Both the position numbers and the translations under genes were made by a program. A stretch of DNA of 64,000 bases from an uncultured Candidatus Saccharibacteria bacterium (lineage in GTDB: Bacteria > Patescibacteriota > Minisyncoccia > Minisyncoccales > CSSED10-335): the NCBI GenBank assembly GCA_964586065.1, contig CAZPFW010000001.1:28086-92085 (forward strand), written 5' to 3'. This document shows positions 1 to 9,724 of this stretch, piece by piece. How positions within the stretch are numbered: the first letter of the stretch is position 1; every line of letters begins with the position of its first letter. The notes beneath the pieces are model-generated. The model was not told the DNA's origin. It ran no database searches and saw only the letters and a list, made by a program, of their open reading frames with translations.

Positions 1-175
1 TGGTGATTGATATGCCTACCAAGTATATTGTCTGACAAAGAGTCAAGACATTCTAATTCAGAACTAAGCCATATTCTAAAATAAGAGCCCTCAAATCAGA
101 GGGAATTCGGGTGGAACCGCGGAGAGATCCGTCCCGATACAACAAGTGATTGTTGTGCGGGGCGGATTTATTTTT
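1..175 (+). promoter_or_regulatory. T-box riboswitch (3' part; Stem I cut by window edge) upstream of thrS
   Basis: T-box AATTCGGGTGGAACCGCG at 104-121; Stem III CCCTC/GAGGG at 88-103; antiterminator partner TCCGTCCC overlaps the terminator ATCCGTCCCG..ACAACAA/TTGTTGT..CGGGGCGGAT + TTATTTTT (127-175); candidate Thr specifier ACC at 18-20. Confidence 0.88.
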
Positions 176-191
176 AATTAAATTTCAAAAA

Positions 192-1955
192 ATGAAAAAA
201 GACATAGAAAAGATAAGACACTCTCTTTCTCATCTATTAGCTTTTGTAATAAAGAAAGAGTTTCCCGAAGTAAAGTTTGGTATAGGGCCAATTATTGAAA
301 ACGGGTTCTATTACGACATCGATTTTGGGGAGAACTCCTTTGGAGAGACTGATTTGCCGGTCATTGAATCGAAGATGAGAGAATCTATTGATCAGAATCT
401 CGCTTTTGAAGTGATTGAGAAGGATATAGAAGAGGCCATAAAAGAAGAAAAAAGAAACGGCCAAGAGTTTAAAGTCGACCTTTTAGAAGAATTGAAAAGT
501 GAAGGAGAGAAGATCGTTTCATATTACAGGCTCGGAGACTTTGAAGATCTTTGTCGCGGACCTCATATCAATTATTTAAAAGAGATAGATCCAGATTCCT
601 TTAAATTAAGTCATGTGGCGGGAGCTTATTGGAGAGGAGATGAAAAAAACAAGATGCTTACCAGGATCTACGGCTTGGCTTTTGATTCTGCCGATGAATT
701 AGAAGATTACGTTCTTAGACAAGAAGAGATAAGAAAGCGCGATCATAAAAGATTAGGAAAAGAGTTGGATCTTTTTTGTTTCTCAGAAACCGTTGGGAAA
801 GGTCTTCCTCTTTGGACGGAAAAAGGAACTGCTATTCGGCGTGAGTTAGAAAGATTTATCGTTGATGAGGAGATAAAGCGCGGTTACATTCACGTAATGA
901 CACCGGATATAGCGAAATTGGATCTTTATATAAAGTCGGGACATTACCCTCACTACAAGGATTCAATGTATGCTCCCATAAAAATTGAGGATGAAGAATT
1001 TATGTTGAGACCGATGACTTGTCCTCACCACTTTGAATTGTATTCAAGAAAAATTCACAGTTATCGTGACCTCCCGTTCAGAATCGCCGAAATAGCTAAA
1101 TTGTATCGCTTTGAGCAGTCGGGAGAATTGTCAGGTCTTTTAAGAGTTCGATCTTTCTCTTTGGCTGACGCGCACATTATCTGTGCATCGGAAGAGCAAG
1201 CTGTGGAAGAGATTGACAAAGCTCTCGATCTTATAGAGTTTGTTTCCGAAACTTTCGGATTAAAGAAAGGAGAAGACTTTTGGTACTCACTTTCTTTGGG
1301 TGATCGATCTGATAATGAGAAGTATTTCAAAAACGACGAAGCTTGGGAGTTGGCCGAAGATTTACTTCGTAAACACCTGAATTCAAGAGGCGTTCGATTT
1401 GATGAAAAGAAGGGAGAGGCGGCTTTCTATGGTCCAAAGATAGACATTCAGATGAGAAATGTAAACGGTAAAGAAGATACCGCCTTTACAGTTCAATACG
1501 ATTTCAGCATGCCCGAGCAATTTGATTTAACTTATATTGATCATGAGGGTAATAAAAAGAGAGCCTTTGTTGTCCATAGATCATCAATCGGAGCAATCGA
1601 AAGAACCATTGCTTTTCTTATAGAGCATTATGGAGGATCTTTTCCCGTCTGGCTTGCTCCCATTCAAGCAAAGATAATTTCCGTTTCAGACGACCAGATA
1701 AACCAATGTGAAAGATTAAAACAAAGAATGCTTGAAGAAGGATTGAGACCCGAAACTGACACAAGTAATGAGACGGTCGGAAACAAGATCAGAAAAGCGA
1801 TAGGAGAAAAAGTTCCCTACATGGTGGTTATTGGTCCCAAAGAAGTTGAATTAAATAATGTGACTGTTAGAAAGAGAGATGATGATCACGTCAGAACAAT
1901 GAAAGAAGAAGACTTCTTAAGCGAGCTTAAAGAGATTTATTCAAAAAGACTCTAA
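192..1955 (+). CDS. thrS: Threonine--tRNA ligase (no N-terminal TGS domain)
   Basis: RHSLSH, DLCRGPH, LRPMTCPHH, FYGPKID motifs; start moved to ATG 192 because the TTG at 150 lies inside the T-box terminator. Confidence 0.97.
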   Translation: MKKDIEKIRHSLSHLLAFVIKKEFPEVKFGIGPIIENGFYYDIDFGENSFGETDLPVIESKMRESIDQNLAFEVIEKDIEEAIKEEKRNGQEFKVDLLEELKSEGEKIVSYYRLGDFEDLCRGPHINYLKEIDPDSFKLSHVAGAYWRGDEKNKMLTRIYGLAFDSADELEDYVLRQEEIRKRDHKRLGKELDLFCFSETVGKGLPLWTEKGTAIRRELERFIVDEEIKRGYIHVMTPDIAKLDLYIKSGHYPHYKDSMYAPIKIEDEEFMLRPMTCPHHFELYSRKIHSYRDLPFRIAEIAKLYRFEQSGELSGLLRVRSFSLADAHIICASEEQAVEEIDKALDLIEFVSETFGLKKGEDFWYSLSLGDRSDNEKYFKNDEAWELAEDLLRKHLNSRGVRFDEKKGEAAFYGPKIDIQMRNVNGKEDTAFTVQYDFSMPEQFDLTYIDHEGNKKRAFVVHRSSIGAIERTIAFLIEHYGGSFPVWLAPIQAKIISVSDDQINQCERLKQRMLEEGLRPETDTSNETVGNKIRKAIGEKVPYMVVIGPKEVELNNVTVRKRDDDHVRTMKEEDFLSELKEIYSKRL

Positions 1956-3203
1956 TAACTGAAAAACTTTTTCATTGGTAATTCTTTCACGGAGATAGAT
2001 CTCTAATTGATCTATCTCTATCTTTTTCTTTGCATTTTCGTCGCTAATTTGAGAAAGATAATTATCGACCTCTTTTTTCAACTCCTTTTCATCTATCATT
2101 ATCTTTTCTCTTTTGGCAATTTCTCTTAAAACAAGAGATGTTTTGATTCTTTTTTGAGCTTCAGGTTTCCATTCTTCTCTTAAATCTTTTTCCTCTTTTT
2201 TCTCTTGACCTAAATAATCTTTTAAAGAGAGCCCTGCTTGAGAAAGTTGAAGTTTTAAGTCTTGGATCATATTATCTATCTCTCTCTCAATTAAGAGTTC
2301 GGGAATCTCCGTTTTACTCTCCTTTCCTATCATCTCTATCGCTTTTACTCTTAATGATTGATTTTTCTTAAACTCTTTCTCCACTTTCAGATTATCTTTT
2401 ATCTTCTCTTTAAGATCTTCTATTCCCGAGAAATCACCCAATGACTTTGCAAAATCATCATCTATTTGGGGCAATTCTCTTTCATTGACCGATACAATTT
2501 CAACATTGAATTCAACATTCTTGTGATCCCCTTTAGTGAAGGGAATCTTAATTGTAAAATCTTTTTTATCTCCTTCCTTGAGACCGACAATCTCTTCTTC
2601 AAATTCTTTGATGAATCTTTTTTCTCCAAGAACTATTGAGACTTTGTCTCCTTTTAGCCCTTCTTGTAAGATATTGTCTATTTTACCTTGAAAATCAACG
2701 ATTACTTCATCGCCGTTTTTTGATTCTCTAAGAACTCTTACCGCTTTTGCTCTTGATTTTTGAATCATATTAATCGCTTCATCAATCTCTTTTGTTCCAA
2801 TCTCAACATCTTTTTTATCGGAGAAGGTTTTTTTGGCTATCTTCTTATAGTCGGGCAAAGACAGTTCGGGAATAATTGTTACTGATGCTTTATATGTCAA
2901 CGGTTGATTGATTTTTATCTCATCAATTTCTATTTGAGGAGAAGATATGGCCTCCATATTTGTTTCATCTATTGCTTTGAAATAAGTTTCATTTATCGCC
3001 AAATGAACTGCTTCATGCCAAAGCTTTTCTTCACCAACAGCATCTTGAACGATTTTCAAAGGAGCTTTCCCCGGACGGAATCCTTTTATCTCCAATTTGA
3101 GATTGGCGGCTGCTTGCTCCAAATAATTTCGCATGTCTTCCAAGGGAACGGTTATTTCTATCTCTTTTGATGATTCTGACTTATCGGTAATCTTATAATT
3201 CAT
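1941..3203 (-). CDS. tig: Trigger factor
   Basis: GFRPGKAP signature, FKBP-like middle domain; 3' end overlaps thrS convergently. Confidence 0.95.
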   Translation of the reverse strand: MNYKITDKSESSKEIEITVPLEDMRNYLEQAAANLKLEIKGFRPGKAPLKIVQDAVGEEKLWHEAVHLAINETYFKAIDETNMEAISSPQIEIDEIKINQPLTYKASVTIIPELSLPDYKKIAKKTFSDKKDVEIGTKEIDEAINMIQKSRAKAVRVLRESKNGDEVIVDFQGKIDNILQEGLKGDKVSIVLGEKRFIKEFEEEIVGLKEGDKKDFTIKIPFTKGDHKNVEFNVEIVSVNERELPQIDDDFAKSLGDFSGIEDLKEKIKDNLKVEKEFKKNQSLRVKAIEMIGKESKTEIPELLIEREIDNMIQDLKLQLSQAGLSLKDYLGQEKKEEKDLREEWKPEAQKRIKTSLVLREIAKREKIMIDEKELKKEVDNYLSQISDENAKKKIEIDQLEIYLRERITNEKVFQLLESF

Positions 3204-3260
3204 ATTTTAATTTTGAGTGATTTTCTAATATTTGACAATCTACCATAAATTTATGATTTT

Positions 3261-3290
3261 AAAAAGCTCTCCGAGTTTTATGGAGAGCTT
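3261..3290 (-). terminator. Intrinsic terminator
   Basis: AAGCTCTCC/GGAGAGCTT stem followed by a T-run on the minus strand. Confidence 0.7.
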
Positions 3291-3302
3291 AATTGAGTTT
3301 TC

Positions 3303-3482
3303 TCAAATTTTATTGAGAATTTCTTGCCACTCATCAATAGACAAGGGCTTTTCTGTTCGAAGATTAACAATATCCTCTTTAAACCTAACTTTAATTCCAT
3401 ATGCTTCCAGTCTTCGCTTAAGGGAGCTTTCCTTTTTACCGTTTTTTTTCAAACTGAATCGATCGGTAAATTTACTATTCAT
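3303..3482 (-). CDS. 59-aa hypothetical protein (below ORF cutoff)
   Basis: Read manually: MNSKFTDRFSLKKNGKKESSLKRRLEAYGIKVRFKEDIVNLRTEKPLSIDEWQEILNKI; SD AAAGGAG upstream, terminator downstream. Confidence 0.65.
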   Translation of the reverse strand: MNSKFTDRFSLKKNGKKESSLKRRLEAYGIKVRFKEDIVNLRTEKPLSIDEWQEILNKI

Positions 3483-3504
3483 CCTTGAACAACTCCTTTC
3501 TTAT

Positions 3505-3690
3505 TTAAGGAAGGTGGAATATAAGGTCACCCAATTCGGGATACTTTTTTGTTAATTCTTTCAAACAAACTTTATTGTCAAATTGCAATACTATTCGGTT
3601 TTGATCTTCATAGGTCACCATTCCCAGAATCCTTAATATCTCCAACATGTTGTTCTCTTCTTTTGGCTTAGGGATGATCCGGACCTGCAT
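3505..3690 (-). CDS. 61-aa hypothetical protein
   Basis: SD AAGGAGG and promoter TTGGCT-16-TATAAT (3746-3719). Confidence 0.7.
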   Translation of the reverse strand: MQVRIIPKPKEENNMLEILRILGMVTYEDQNRIVLQFDNKVCLKELTKKYPELGDLIFHLP

Positions 3691-3750
3691 TTTAAACCCC
3701 TCCTTTTTTTGATTGGATATTATAGCATGAAAAATAAAAAAGCCAAATTA

Positions 3751-4194
3751 TCATTCTCCCATAACTTGGATCTGATATCTTCTCTCTCTAGACCTGTCAA
3801 GTTCAACAAAGATCACTCTTTGCCAATCACCCAATTGAAGCTTTCCATCAAGAATATTCAAAGTCACACTTGGTAGTAAGTGAATCGCTTTACAATGGGA
3901 ATGACCGTTGTCACATTCGTCATCACAGAGATTAATCTTTCTTATTTCAAAATTATCATGCTGATAATCATTGGTTGACGGAGCAATTTTTTCTAAATTC
4001 TTTTTTATGTCCTCTATAAGAAGAGGTTCATTTTCATTCACCATCATCATTGCCGTAGTGTGCATTGTTTGAACGTTAAGAATTCCATTCAATATTTGAG
4101 ATTCTTTCGTCAGGGATATGAGCTCATCTGTAATATCGATGAAATCAAAAAGTCCATTCGTTTTAATACTCGCGGTTTTATTTGAAATTTTCAT
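3751..4194 (-). CDS. YjbQ/UPF0047 family protein
   Basis: HTTA..NENE, NGHSH, LGDWQRVIFVELD motifs. Confidence 0.9.
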   Translation of the reverse strand: MKISNKTASIKTNGLFDFIDITDELISLTKESQILNGILNVQTMHTTAMMMVNENEPLLIEDIKKNLEKIAPSTNDYQHDNFEIRKINLCDDECDNGHSHCKAIHLLPSVTLNILDGKLQLGDWQRVIFVELDRSRERRYQIQVMGE

Positions 4195-4247
4195 TCTTCA
4201 ATAAAAAATCGCCCTGTTGAGAATTAAAGAGGACGATTTTCTACAAA

Positions 4248-4436
4248 TTATTCTCTACCCTCTTCTTCCACCTCTTCAACATCCTCAGCTTCTTCTGAAA
4301 CGGGAAGTTCGTCTTCTTCGGGCAGTCTTACACCACTTTCTTCGGGGGTACCGTCTTGTCTCTTGGTTCTAAGGTAAAAAAGAATTCCCAGAAGAATCAA
4401 TATGACAACTATTGTTATTAAAGTTTTAAGATCCAT
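4248..4436 (-). CDS. Single-TM microprotein with acidic tail
   Basis: N-terminal hydrophobic helix, Glu-rich C-terminus, terminator at about 4203-4240. Confidence 0.75.
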   Translation of the reverse strand: MDLKTLITIVVILILLGILFYLRTKRQDGTPEESGVRLPEEDELPVSEEAEDVEEVEEEGRE

Positions 4437-4484
4437 ATTCAGGTCATTTATCTTGTTTTTAAATTTCGACCTTGCTCTTTATCA

Positions 4485-5816
4485 TTAATTATCTTTCTCT
4501 TTATTCTTTTTGTCAAGAAGATATTTTTTAGTACTGACGAAAAGGTTGTTTATGTCACCGGCTCCCATAAAAACCAAAACATCTCCTTTTCTTAAAATTC
4601 TTTTAAGATACAAGTCCGCGTCGGATAACTCTTTCTTGTAAACTGATTCTTTTCCAACTGCTTCAGCTATTTTTTTTGAATTGATCTTTTCACAAACAAC
4701 TCTCCCCTCTCTTCCCGATACTTTGTAAATCTCTAAAAATACAATCTTATCTACAGGGGCTTCAGTAAACGCTTTAACAAATTCTTTGAAGAAATATTTT
4801 GTTCTTTCGTATTGATGAGGTTGAAAGAAAGAGATTATTCTCTTCTTGGGATATCTGTCTCTTATAGCTTCTAAAGTCTTCTCCACTTCGGTTGGATGAT
4901 GGGCATAGTCCGATATGAGAGTGATTCCTTTATAACCGCTTTTATGAACCTCAAATCTGCGCCAAGAACCTTTGAACTTTGAAAGAGCAGATAATGTCTT
5001 GGTTTTAGAAATACCAAGCAGATTGGCCGCATTATAAGCAGCAAGAGCATTTGAAACATTATGTTCTCCTGGAACTTTTAAAATCTTTCTTATCTCTTTT
5101 GCAATTGAATCACTTTGATCGTAATAGGTTACTCCTTTAGTCTTTTTCAAAGCATCAACGACTCCGGGGTCGTCATAGTTGGCTACGATTTTTCCGCCTT
5201 TATCCAAGCGCGAAAAGAAAGTTTTGAAGCTCTTTATTATCTCATTATGATCTTTATAGTAGTCTAAATGATCTTCTTCAATATTGGTTACCACTGTCAA
5301 CTTTGGATTATAATTCAAGAATGATCTCTTATACTCATCGGCCTCGATTAAAAGATACTTTGATTTTCCGGGTCTGAAATTCAAATTACCGAATTCTTTA
5401 AGTTTGGTTCCGATTATTACGGTCGGATCAAGTCCGGCCTCTATCAAGATTAGTGACAGCATCGCAGTGGTCGTGCTTTTTCCATGAGTTCCGGAAACGG
5501 CAATCGTGAAATAGTCTTTGGTCAATCTTCCCAAGGACTCGGGATAACTCTCTGTCCTGATATTGTCTTTTTTCGCTTTTTTTATTTCAGGATTATCTTC
5601 TTTGATTGCCGGAGTGTGAATGATTAGATCAACTTCTTTCGTTATATTTTTTGGCGAATGATCCCCGATGATTATTTTGGCTCCGAGTTTTTCAAGAGAT
5701 CGCGTTATATCCGATTCCTTAAGGTCCGAACCGGTTATCGAATCTCCTCTGTTGAGAAAATAGAAAGCCAAAGAAGAGACACCGATTCCACCAATCCCTA
5801 TAAAGTGAATTTTCAT
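4485..5816 (-). CDS. murC: UDP-N-acetylmuramate--L-alanine ligase
   Basis: HFIGIGGIGVS, GTHGKSTT, EADE, DYAHHP, FQPH. Confidence 0.95.
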   Translation of the reverse strand: MKIHFIGIGGIGVSSLAFYFLNRGDSITGSDLKESDITRSLEKLGAKIIIGDHSPKNITKEVDLIIHTPAIKEDNPEIKKAKKDNIRTESYPESLGRLTKDYFTIAVSGTHGKSTTTAMLSLILIEAGLDPTVIIGTKLKEFGNLNFRPGKSKYLLIEADEYKRSFLNYNPKLTVVTNIEEDHLDYYKDHNEIIKSFKTFFSRLDKGGKIVANYDDPGVVDALKKTKGVTYYDQSDSIAKEIRKILKVPGEHNVSNALAAYNAANLLGISKTKTLSALSKFKGSWRRFEVHKSGYKGITLISDYAHHPTEVEKTLEAIRDRYPKKRIISFFQPHQYERTKYFFKEFVKAFTEAPVDKIVFLEIYKVSGREGRVVCEKINSKKIAEAVGKESVYKKELSDADLYLKRILRKGDVLVFMGAGDINNLFVSTKKYLLDKKNKEKDN

Positions 5817-6349
5817 CTTAGTTTGATTTTTTCAATTAATTGATAAACAGATTTGCCCCTGATATTTTTACTCTCCATCAATGAAACGCTGTCAACCGGG
5901 AAAGAGATGTTTAGGTCGCCGTTAAGATCGGGTACTTCATCCGTTTCAAGTCTTCTGAAATTCCATGAGTTGATTCTTGCCAAGGTGATGTGTGGCAGAA
6001 AATCACTGGAGCCCCCGATCTTTTTCACTATCTCTTTATTGATATTATTTATGGTAGCTGATTTTTCAAACAGAGCCCAAATCATTTTGGCGCTTGTTTT
6101 CTCTGGGATGTATGAGAGTCTTGTAATTTTTAACAAAAAAGAAGCTTCTTTTTTTAAGATCTCTTCGAGTTTTTCTAAGATCATTGGAATCGATTTTTCT
6201 TTAACTTGCCCCAAGAAAGAGAGAGTCAAGTGAATCTTCTCTTTATCCGTCCATTTAGCAGGAAGAGACGGAAATTCAGATCTCAATAAAAAAAGCTCTT
6301 GCTTGATTTTTTCCGGTGGTTCTATTGATGCAAAGATTCTCTTGAACAT
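5813..6349 (-). CDS. thpR: RNA 2',3'-cyclic phosphodiesterase (2H family)
   Basis: Two HxT motifs (HLTL, PHITLAR). Confidence 0.88.
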   Translation of the reverse strand: MFKRIFASIEPPEKIKQELFLLRSEFPSLPAKWTDKEKIHLTLSFLGQVKEKSIPMILEKLEEILKKEASFLLKITRLSYIPEKTSAKMIWALFEKSATINNINKEIVKKIGGSSDFLPHITLARINSWNFRRLETDEVPDLNGDLNISFPVDSVSLMESKNIRGKSVYQLIEKIKLR

Positions 6350-6390
6350 GATTATTATATTATCAAAAAGTATGCTATAATTAAAGTATT

Positions 6391-7194
6391 ATGAATATTT
6401 CTTTTGCATCAATAATGCCCCATCCTTTGTCCGTGATTCCTTCAATCACTTTAAGTTCGGATCTCAAAAGGATAACTAAAACCATAAAGGCGATGGATCA
6501 ATTGTCGGAAGAGATAAAATTATTGGATGTAGATGTTGTAGTCATAATCACTCCGCAAATACCGATAAATTATACTTCTTTTTCAATAATTGAATCTCCC
6601 GTTATGAAAGGAAGCTTTATAAAGTTTGGAGATCAAAAGACTAAGATAAAAGTTAAGGGTCATCCTGAAATGGCAACGGAGATTAAAAAGAGTTGTGCCA
6701 GAGAAAGAATCCCGTTAAGCTCTTTTGACGATCCTGAATTGGATCACGGAACCGTTATTCCTTTGTATTACATTGTAAAAAACAATCCCGAGATTAAAAT
6801 CGTTCCTTTGGGTATTTCGGGGTTAAGTGTTGCGGAACATTTTAATTTTGGAAAAGCGATTGGCCAAGCGATAGATCTTTCCGGATTAAAGGTTGCTGTT
6901 GTAGCTTCGAGTAATCTTTCTCGTAAGCTTTCACCAGGATCATCTACCGGGTATTCTCCCAAAGGTAAAGAGTTGGATCAATTGATCTTAAAGCTGGTCA
7001 AGAAAGGAGATACGAAAGCGATGATGAAAATCGATTCCGAATCACTTAAAGACTCGGGCGAATCAGGATATCTTCCCATGATAGTTCTATTTGGGATACT
7101 TGATGATTCTTTATGGAAGGGTGAGATTCTTTCATACGAGAGGCCTTTTGGCACTGGATTAATGACGGTAAAAATCGATATAGCTGAAAAGTGA
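6391..7194 (+). CDS. MEMO1/LigB-fold protein (AmmeMemoRadiSam protein B-like)
   Basis: MPHP, LDHG..IPL, ASSNLS, YERPFGTG; several metal-binding His residues appear substituted. Confidence 0.75.
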   Translation: MNISFASIMPHPLSVIPSITLSSDLKRITKTIKAMDQLSEEIKLLDVDVVVIITPQIPINYTSFSIIESPVMKGSFIKFGDQKTKIKVKGHPEMATEIKKSCARERIPLSSFDDPELDHGTVIPLYYIVKNNPEIKIVPLGISGLSVAEHFNFGKAIGQAIDLSGLKVAVVASSNLSRKLSPGSSTGYSPKGKELDQLILKLVKKGDTKAMMKIDSESLKDSGESGYLPMIVLFGILDDSLWKGEILSYERPFGTGLMTVKIDIAEK

Positions 7195-7505
7195 TGAAGA
7201 AAGAGTTTTTCGGATTGGAAAAATCAGATATAATTAATTTCATGAGAAGAGCCGGTTATCTCTGCTTGGGTAGGGGCAGTGACGAAGCTGAATTTTCTTT
7301 TGTTCGATCTTTTGGAAGGAGTGGTTATCCCAGATTTCACTTATTTATTAGATTTGATAAAGGTAAAGATGCTCTATTCAATCTTCATATTGATCAAAAG
7401 AAACCTGTTTATGCCGGAAGTAGAGCTCATGCAGCCGAATATGAGGGACCTCTTATAGAGGAAGAGATGAGAAGAATAGAAAGCTTATATGATAAAAAAT
7501 CCTAA
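7191..7505 (+). CDS. Conserved hypothetical protein
   Basis: YPRFH..LHIDQKKPVY..HAAEYEG; overlaps both neighbours. Confidence 0.75.
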   Translation: MMKKEFFGLEKSDIINFMRRAGYLCLGRGSDEAEFSFVRSFGRSGYPRFHLFIRFDKGKDALFNLHIDQKKPVYAGSRAHAAEYEGPLIEEEMRRIESLYDKKS

Positions 7506-8175
7506 AAACAAGAAGATTGTTGATGCTTTAGAGGAGATAGCTTATCTTATTGAAGTAAAAAGTAGCAAGGAAGGATTTCGAGTAAGGGCTTATCGCAAAG
7601 CGGCTTCGGCTGTTTCAAGCCTTGAAGACAGCCTGGTAAAGATCTATCAAAGCGACGGAATGAAAGGTGTCAGTTCCATTAACGGAATTGGTAAAAGTAT
7701 TTCAGAGAAGATCGAAGAACTTATAAAGAAAGGTGAGATTCAATATTTGAGAGAACTAAGAGATGATACGGCAATACGACAGATCGTAACTCATTACTTT
7801 GAAGGTAAGGGAGTGGATCTTACCGAATTGAAAAAAAGCGCTCGAAAGAGAGACATCGTTTATGCTCGATATACCAAACCAGCCAAACAATTAATAGAAC
7901 TCTCCGGAAACGTAAAAAAAGCCAAAGAAGCGATCGATATTGTTTCAAAATGGGCTATTTCTCGCAATCTTGATTACACAATAGAGACAGTATCCAAGAA
8001 GTGGCCTGAATTAAAAAGATTGAAGCCGAAGAGAGTTGAAAAAAAACCTTTTTACAAGGGAAATCCTTTGGTCTGGTCAGATCGTAAGAAAAAGTGGTTT
8101 GTAATTGATCAAACAAACACTTGGCTTGAATTTGCTGATACAGAAGACAAGATTGAGTGGAAAATTGTAAAATAA
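7489..8175 (+). CDS. PolX/Pol-beta N-terminal HhH domain fused to unknown C-terminal domain
   Basis: FRVRAYRKAA and INGIGKSISEKIEE motifs; no polymerase palm. Confidence 0.75.
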   Translation: MIKNPKNKKIVDALEEIAYLIEVKSSKEGFRVRAYRKAASAVSSLEDSLVKIYQSDGMKGVSSINGIGKSISEKIEELIKKGEIQYLRELRDDTAIRQIVTHYFEGKGVDLTELKKSARKRDIVYARYTKPAKQLIELSGNVKKAKEAIDIVSKWAISRNLDYTIETVSKKWPELKRLKPKRVEKKPFYKGNPLVWSDRKKKWFVIDQTNTWLEFADTEDKIEWKIVK

Positions 8176-8185
8176 AGAATTAAAA

Positions 8186-9136
8186 ATGAAGATAATTTTT
8201 TTAGGAACACCGGATTTCGGATCAGTCAGCTTGGAAAAATTAGTGGAAGCGGGATATGAGCCGAGTCTGATTATCACCAATCCTGATCGCCCAGCTGGAC
8301 GCGGACAAAAACTTAAAGAATCCAATGTTTCGGCTACGGCCAAAAGATTGAATCTTGATACGATCAAGCCCGAGAAACTCTCGGATGCAATAGAAAAAAT
8401 AAAGGAGGTTAATCCTGATTTAATGATCGTTGCCGCTTACGGTCAATATATTCCAAACAGCATAATAGAGATTCCAAAATTTGGGATTCTCAATGTTCAT
8501 CCGTCTCTTTTGCCAAAATACAGAGGATCTTCGCCCATTCAATATGCGATATTCAACGGAGACAAAAAAACCGGTGCTACGATAATGCTTGTCAATGACG
8601 AAATGGATAAAGGCGATATCTTGGCTCAAAAAGAGATAACTATTTCTGAAAGAGAAATTTATCAAAACCTACTGGAGAAATTGAGTCTTTTTGGGGCTAA
8701 CCTTTTAATTGAAACGATTCCAGAATGGGTATCGGGAAAAATAAATCCGATCAAGCAAGACGAATGTAAGGCAGTTTATAGTAAAATTTTAACTCGCTAT
8801 GACGGTAAAATAGATTGGAAAGACGATGCAGATCGGATAGACAGACAAGTTAGAGCTTTTAATCCTTGGCCCGGAACTCATACATATTTCAATTACAAGG
8901 AGGATAAGGAGGAAAGATTACTGAAAGTTTTAAAAGGGAAAGTTCTTGAACAGACTGAATGCGGTCCTTTCGGACCTCCCGGAAAGACATATGTAGCCAC
9001 CAATGGAAATATAGCGGTTCAGACCGGTAAGGATTTCTTCATAATAGAGGAGTTTCAATTAGAAGGGAAAAATCCAACCAAAGTTTCGGATCATCTTGAT
9101 AAAAAACTTGATTTAATAGGTATAATTTTGAAATAA
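8186..9136 (+). CDS. fmt: Methionyl-tRNA formyltransferase
   Basis: FLGTPDF, NVHPSLLPKYRGSSPIQ, VRAFNPWPG. Confidence 0.96.
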   Translation: MKIIFLGTPDFGSVSLEKLVEAGYEPSLIITNPDRPAGRGQKLKESNVSATAKRLNLDTIKPEKLSDAIEKIKEVNPDLMIVAAYGQYIPNSIIEIPKFGILNVHPSLLPKYRGSSPIQYAIFNGDKKTGATIMLVNDEMDKGDILAQKEITISEREIYQNLLEKLSLFGANLLIETIPEWVSGKINPIKQDECKAVYSKILTRYDGKIDWKDDADRIDRQVRAFNPWPGTHTYFNYKEDKEERLLKVLKGKVLEQTECGPFGPPGKTYVATNGNIAVQTGKDFFIIEEFQLEGKNPTKVSDHLDKKLDLIGIILK

Positions 9137-9137
9137 C

Positions 9138-9698
9138 ATGATTTCATTCAATGAACTGGGACGCGGAGTAAGAATAGTCTTGGATAACGATCCTTATGAG
9201 ATAATGGAGACAACTCACATGGTGAAAGGAAGAGGAAAATCCGTCCTTCAGGCAAAGGTTAAAAATCTTAGAACGGGTAATTTGCTCTCTAAGACATTCA
9301 GGCCGTCGGAATCATTTGAAGAAGCTGACACATCAAAAACTTCTTTGAAATTTCTTTATAAAAACAGAGGTCAATATTTTTTTTGCGAAGATGGCAATCC
9401 TAAAAACAGGTTCTCATTTGAAGAGCAGACACTCAATCCCGGAGTCGTCTTTTTAAAAGAAAACGAAACAGTGGAAGGGATGTTGTTCAAAGGAGAGATA
9501 ATCAACATCACTCCTCCAATAAAAGTTGAATTGAAAGTCATTGAAGCGCCTCCGGGGGTGAAAGGAGACAGAGCTCAATCGGGGACTAAACTTGTTCGTC
9601 TTGAAACAGGAGCGGAGATGGATGTTCCTCTGTTTATCAAGGAAGGAGATATTATAGAAATTAACACCGAAACAAAAGAGTATATTAAAAGAGTTTAG
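9138..9698 (+). CDS. efp: Elongation factor P
   Basis: KGRG loop, PGVKGD, LETG..VPLFI. Confidence 0.95.
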   Translation: MISFNELGRGVRIVLDNDPYEIMETTHMVKGRGKSVLQAKVKNLRTGNLLSKTFRPSESFEEADTSKTSLKFLYKNRGQYFFCEDGNPKNRFSFEEQTLNPGVVFLKENETVEGMLFKGEIINITPPIKVELKVIEAPPGVKGDRAQSGTKLVRLETGAEMDVPLFIKEGDIIEINTETKEYIKRV

Positions 9699-9724
9699 GA
9701 TTGAAGGTAAATTTCTCTTTTACC

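Noticed and set aside
150-191. N-terminal extension of thrS from TTG 150
   Set aside because: Lies within the T-box terminator; ATG 192 fits the protein family
476-483. Third TCGACCTT (AAGGTCGA) occurrence
   Set aside because: Inside thrS coding sequence and antisense; consistent with chance
3232-3555. 107-aa plus-strand ORF
   Set aside because: Antisense to two minus-strand genes that have SD, promoter and terminator
9138-9698. EF-P with Arg at the modified loop position (KGRG)
   Set aside because: Arg-type EF-P is a known variant; no modification enzyme gene in the window to add anything new
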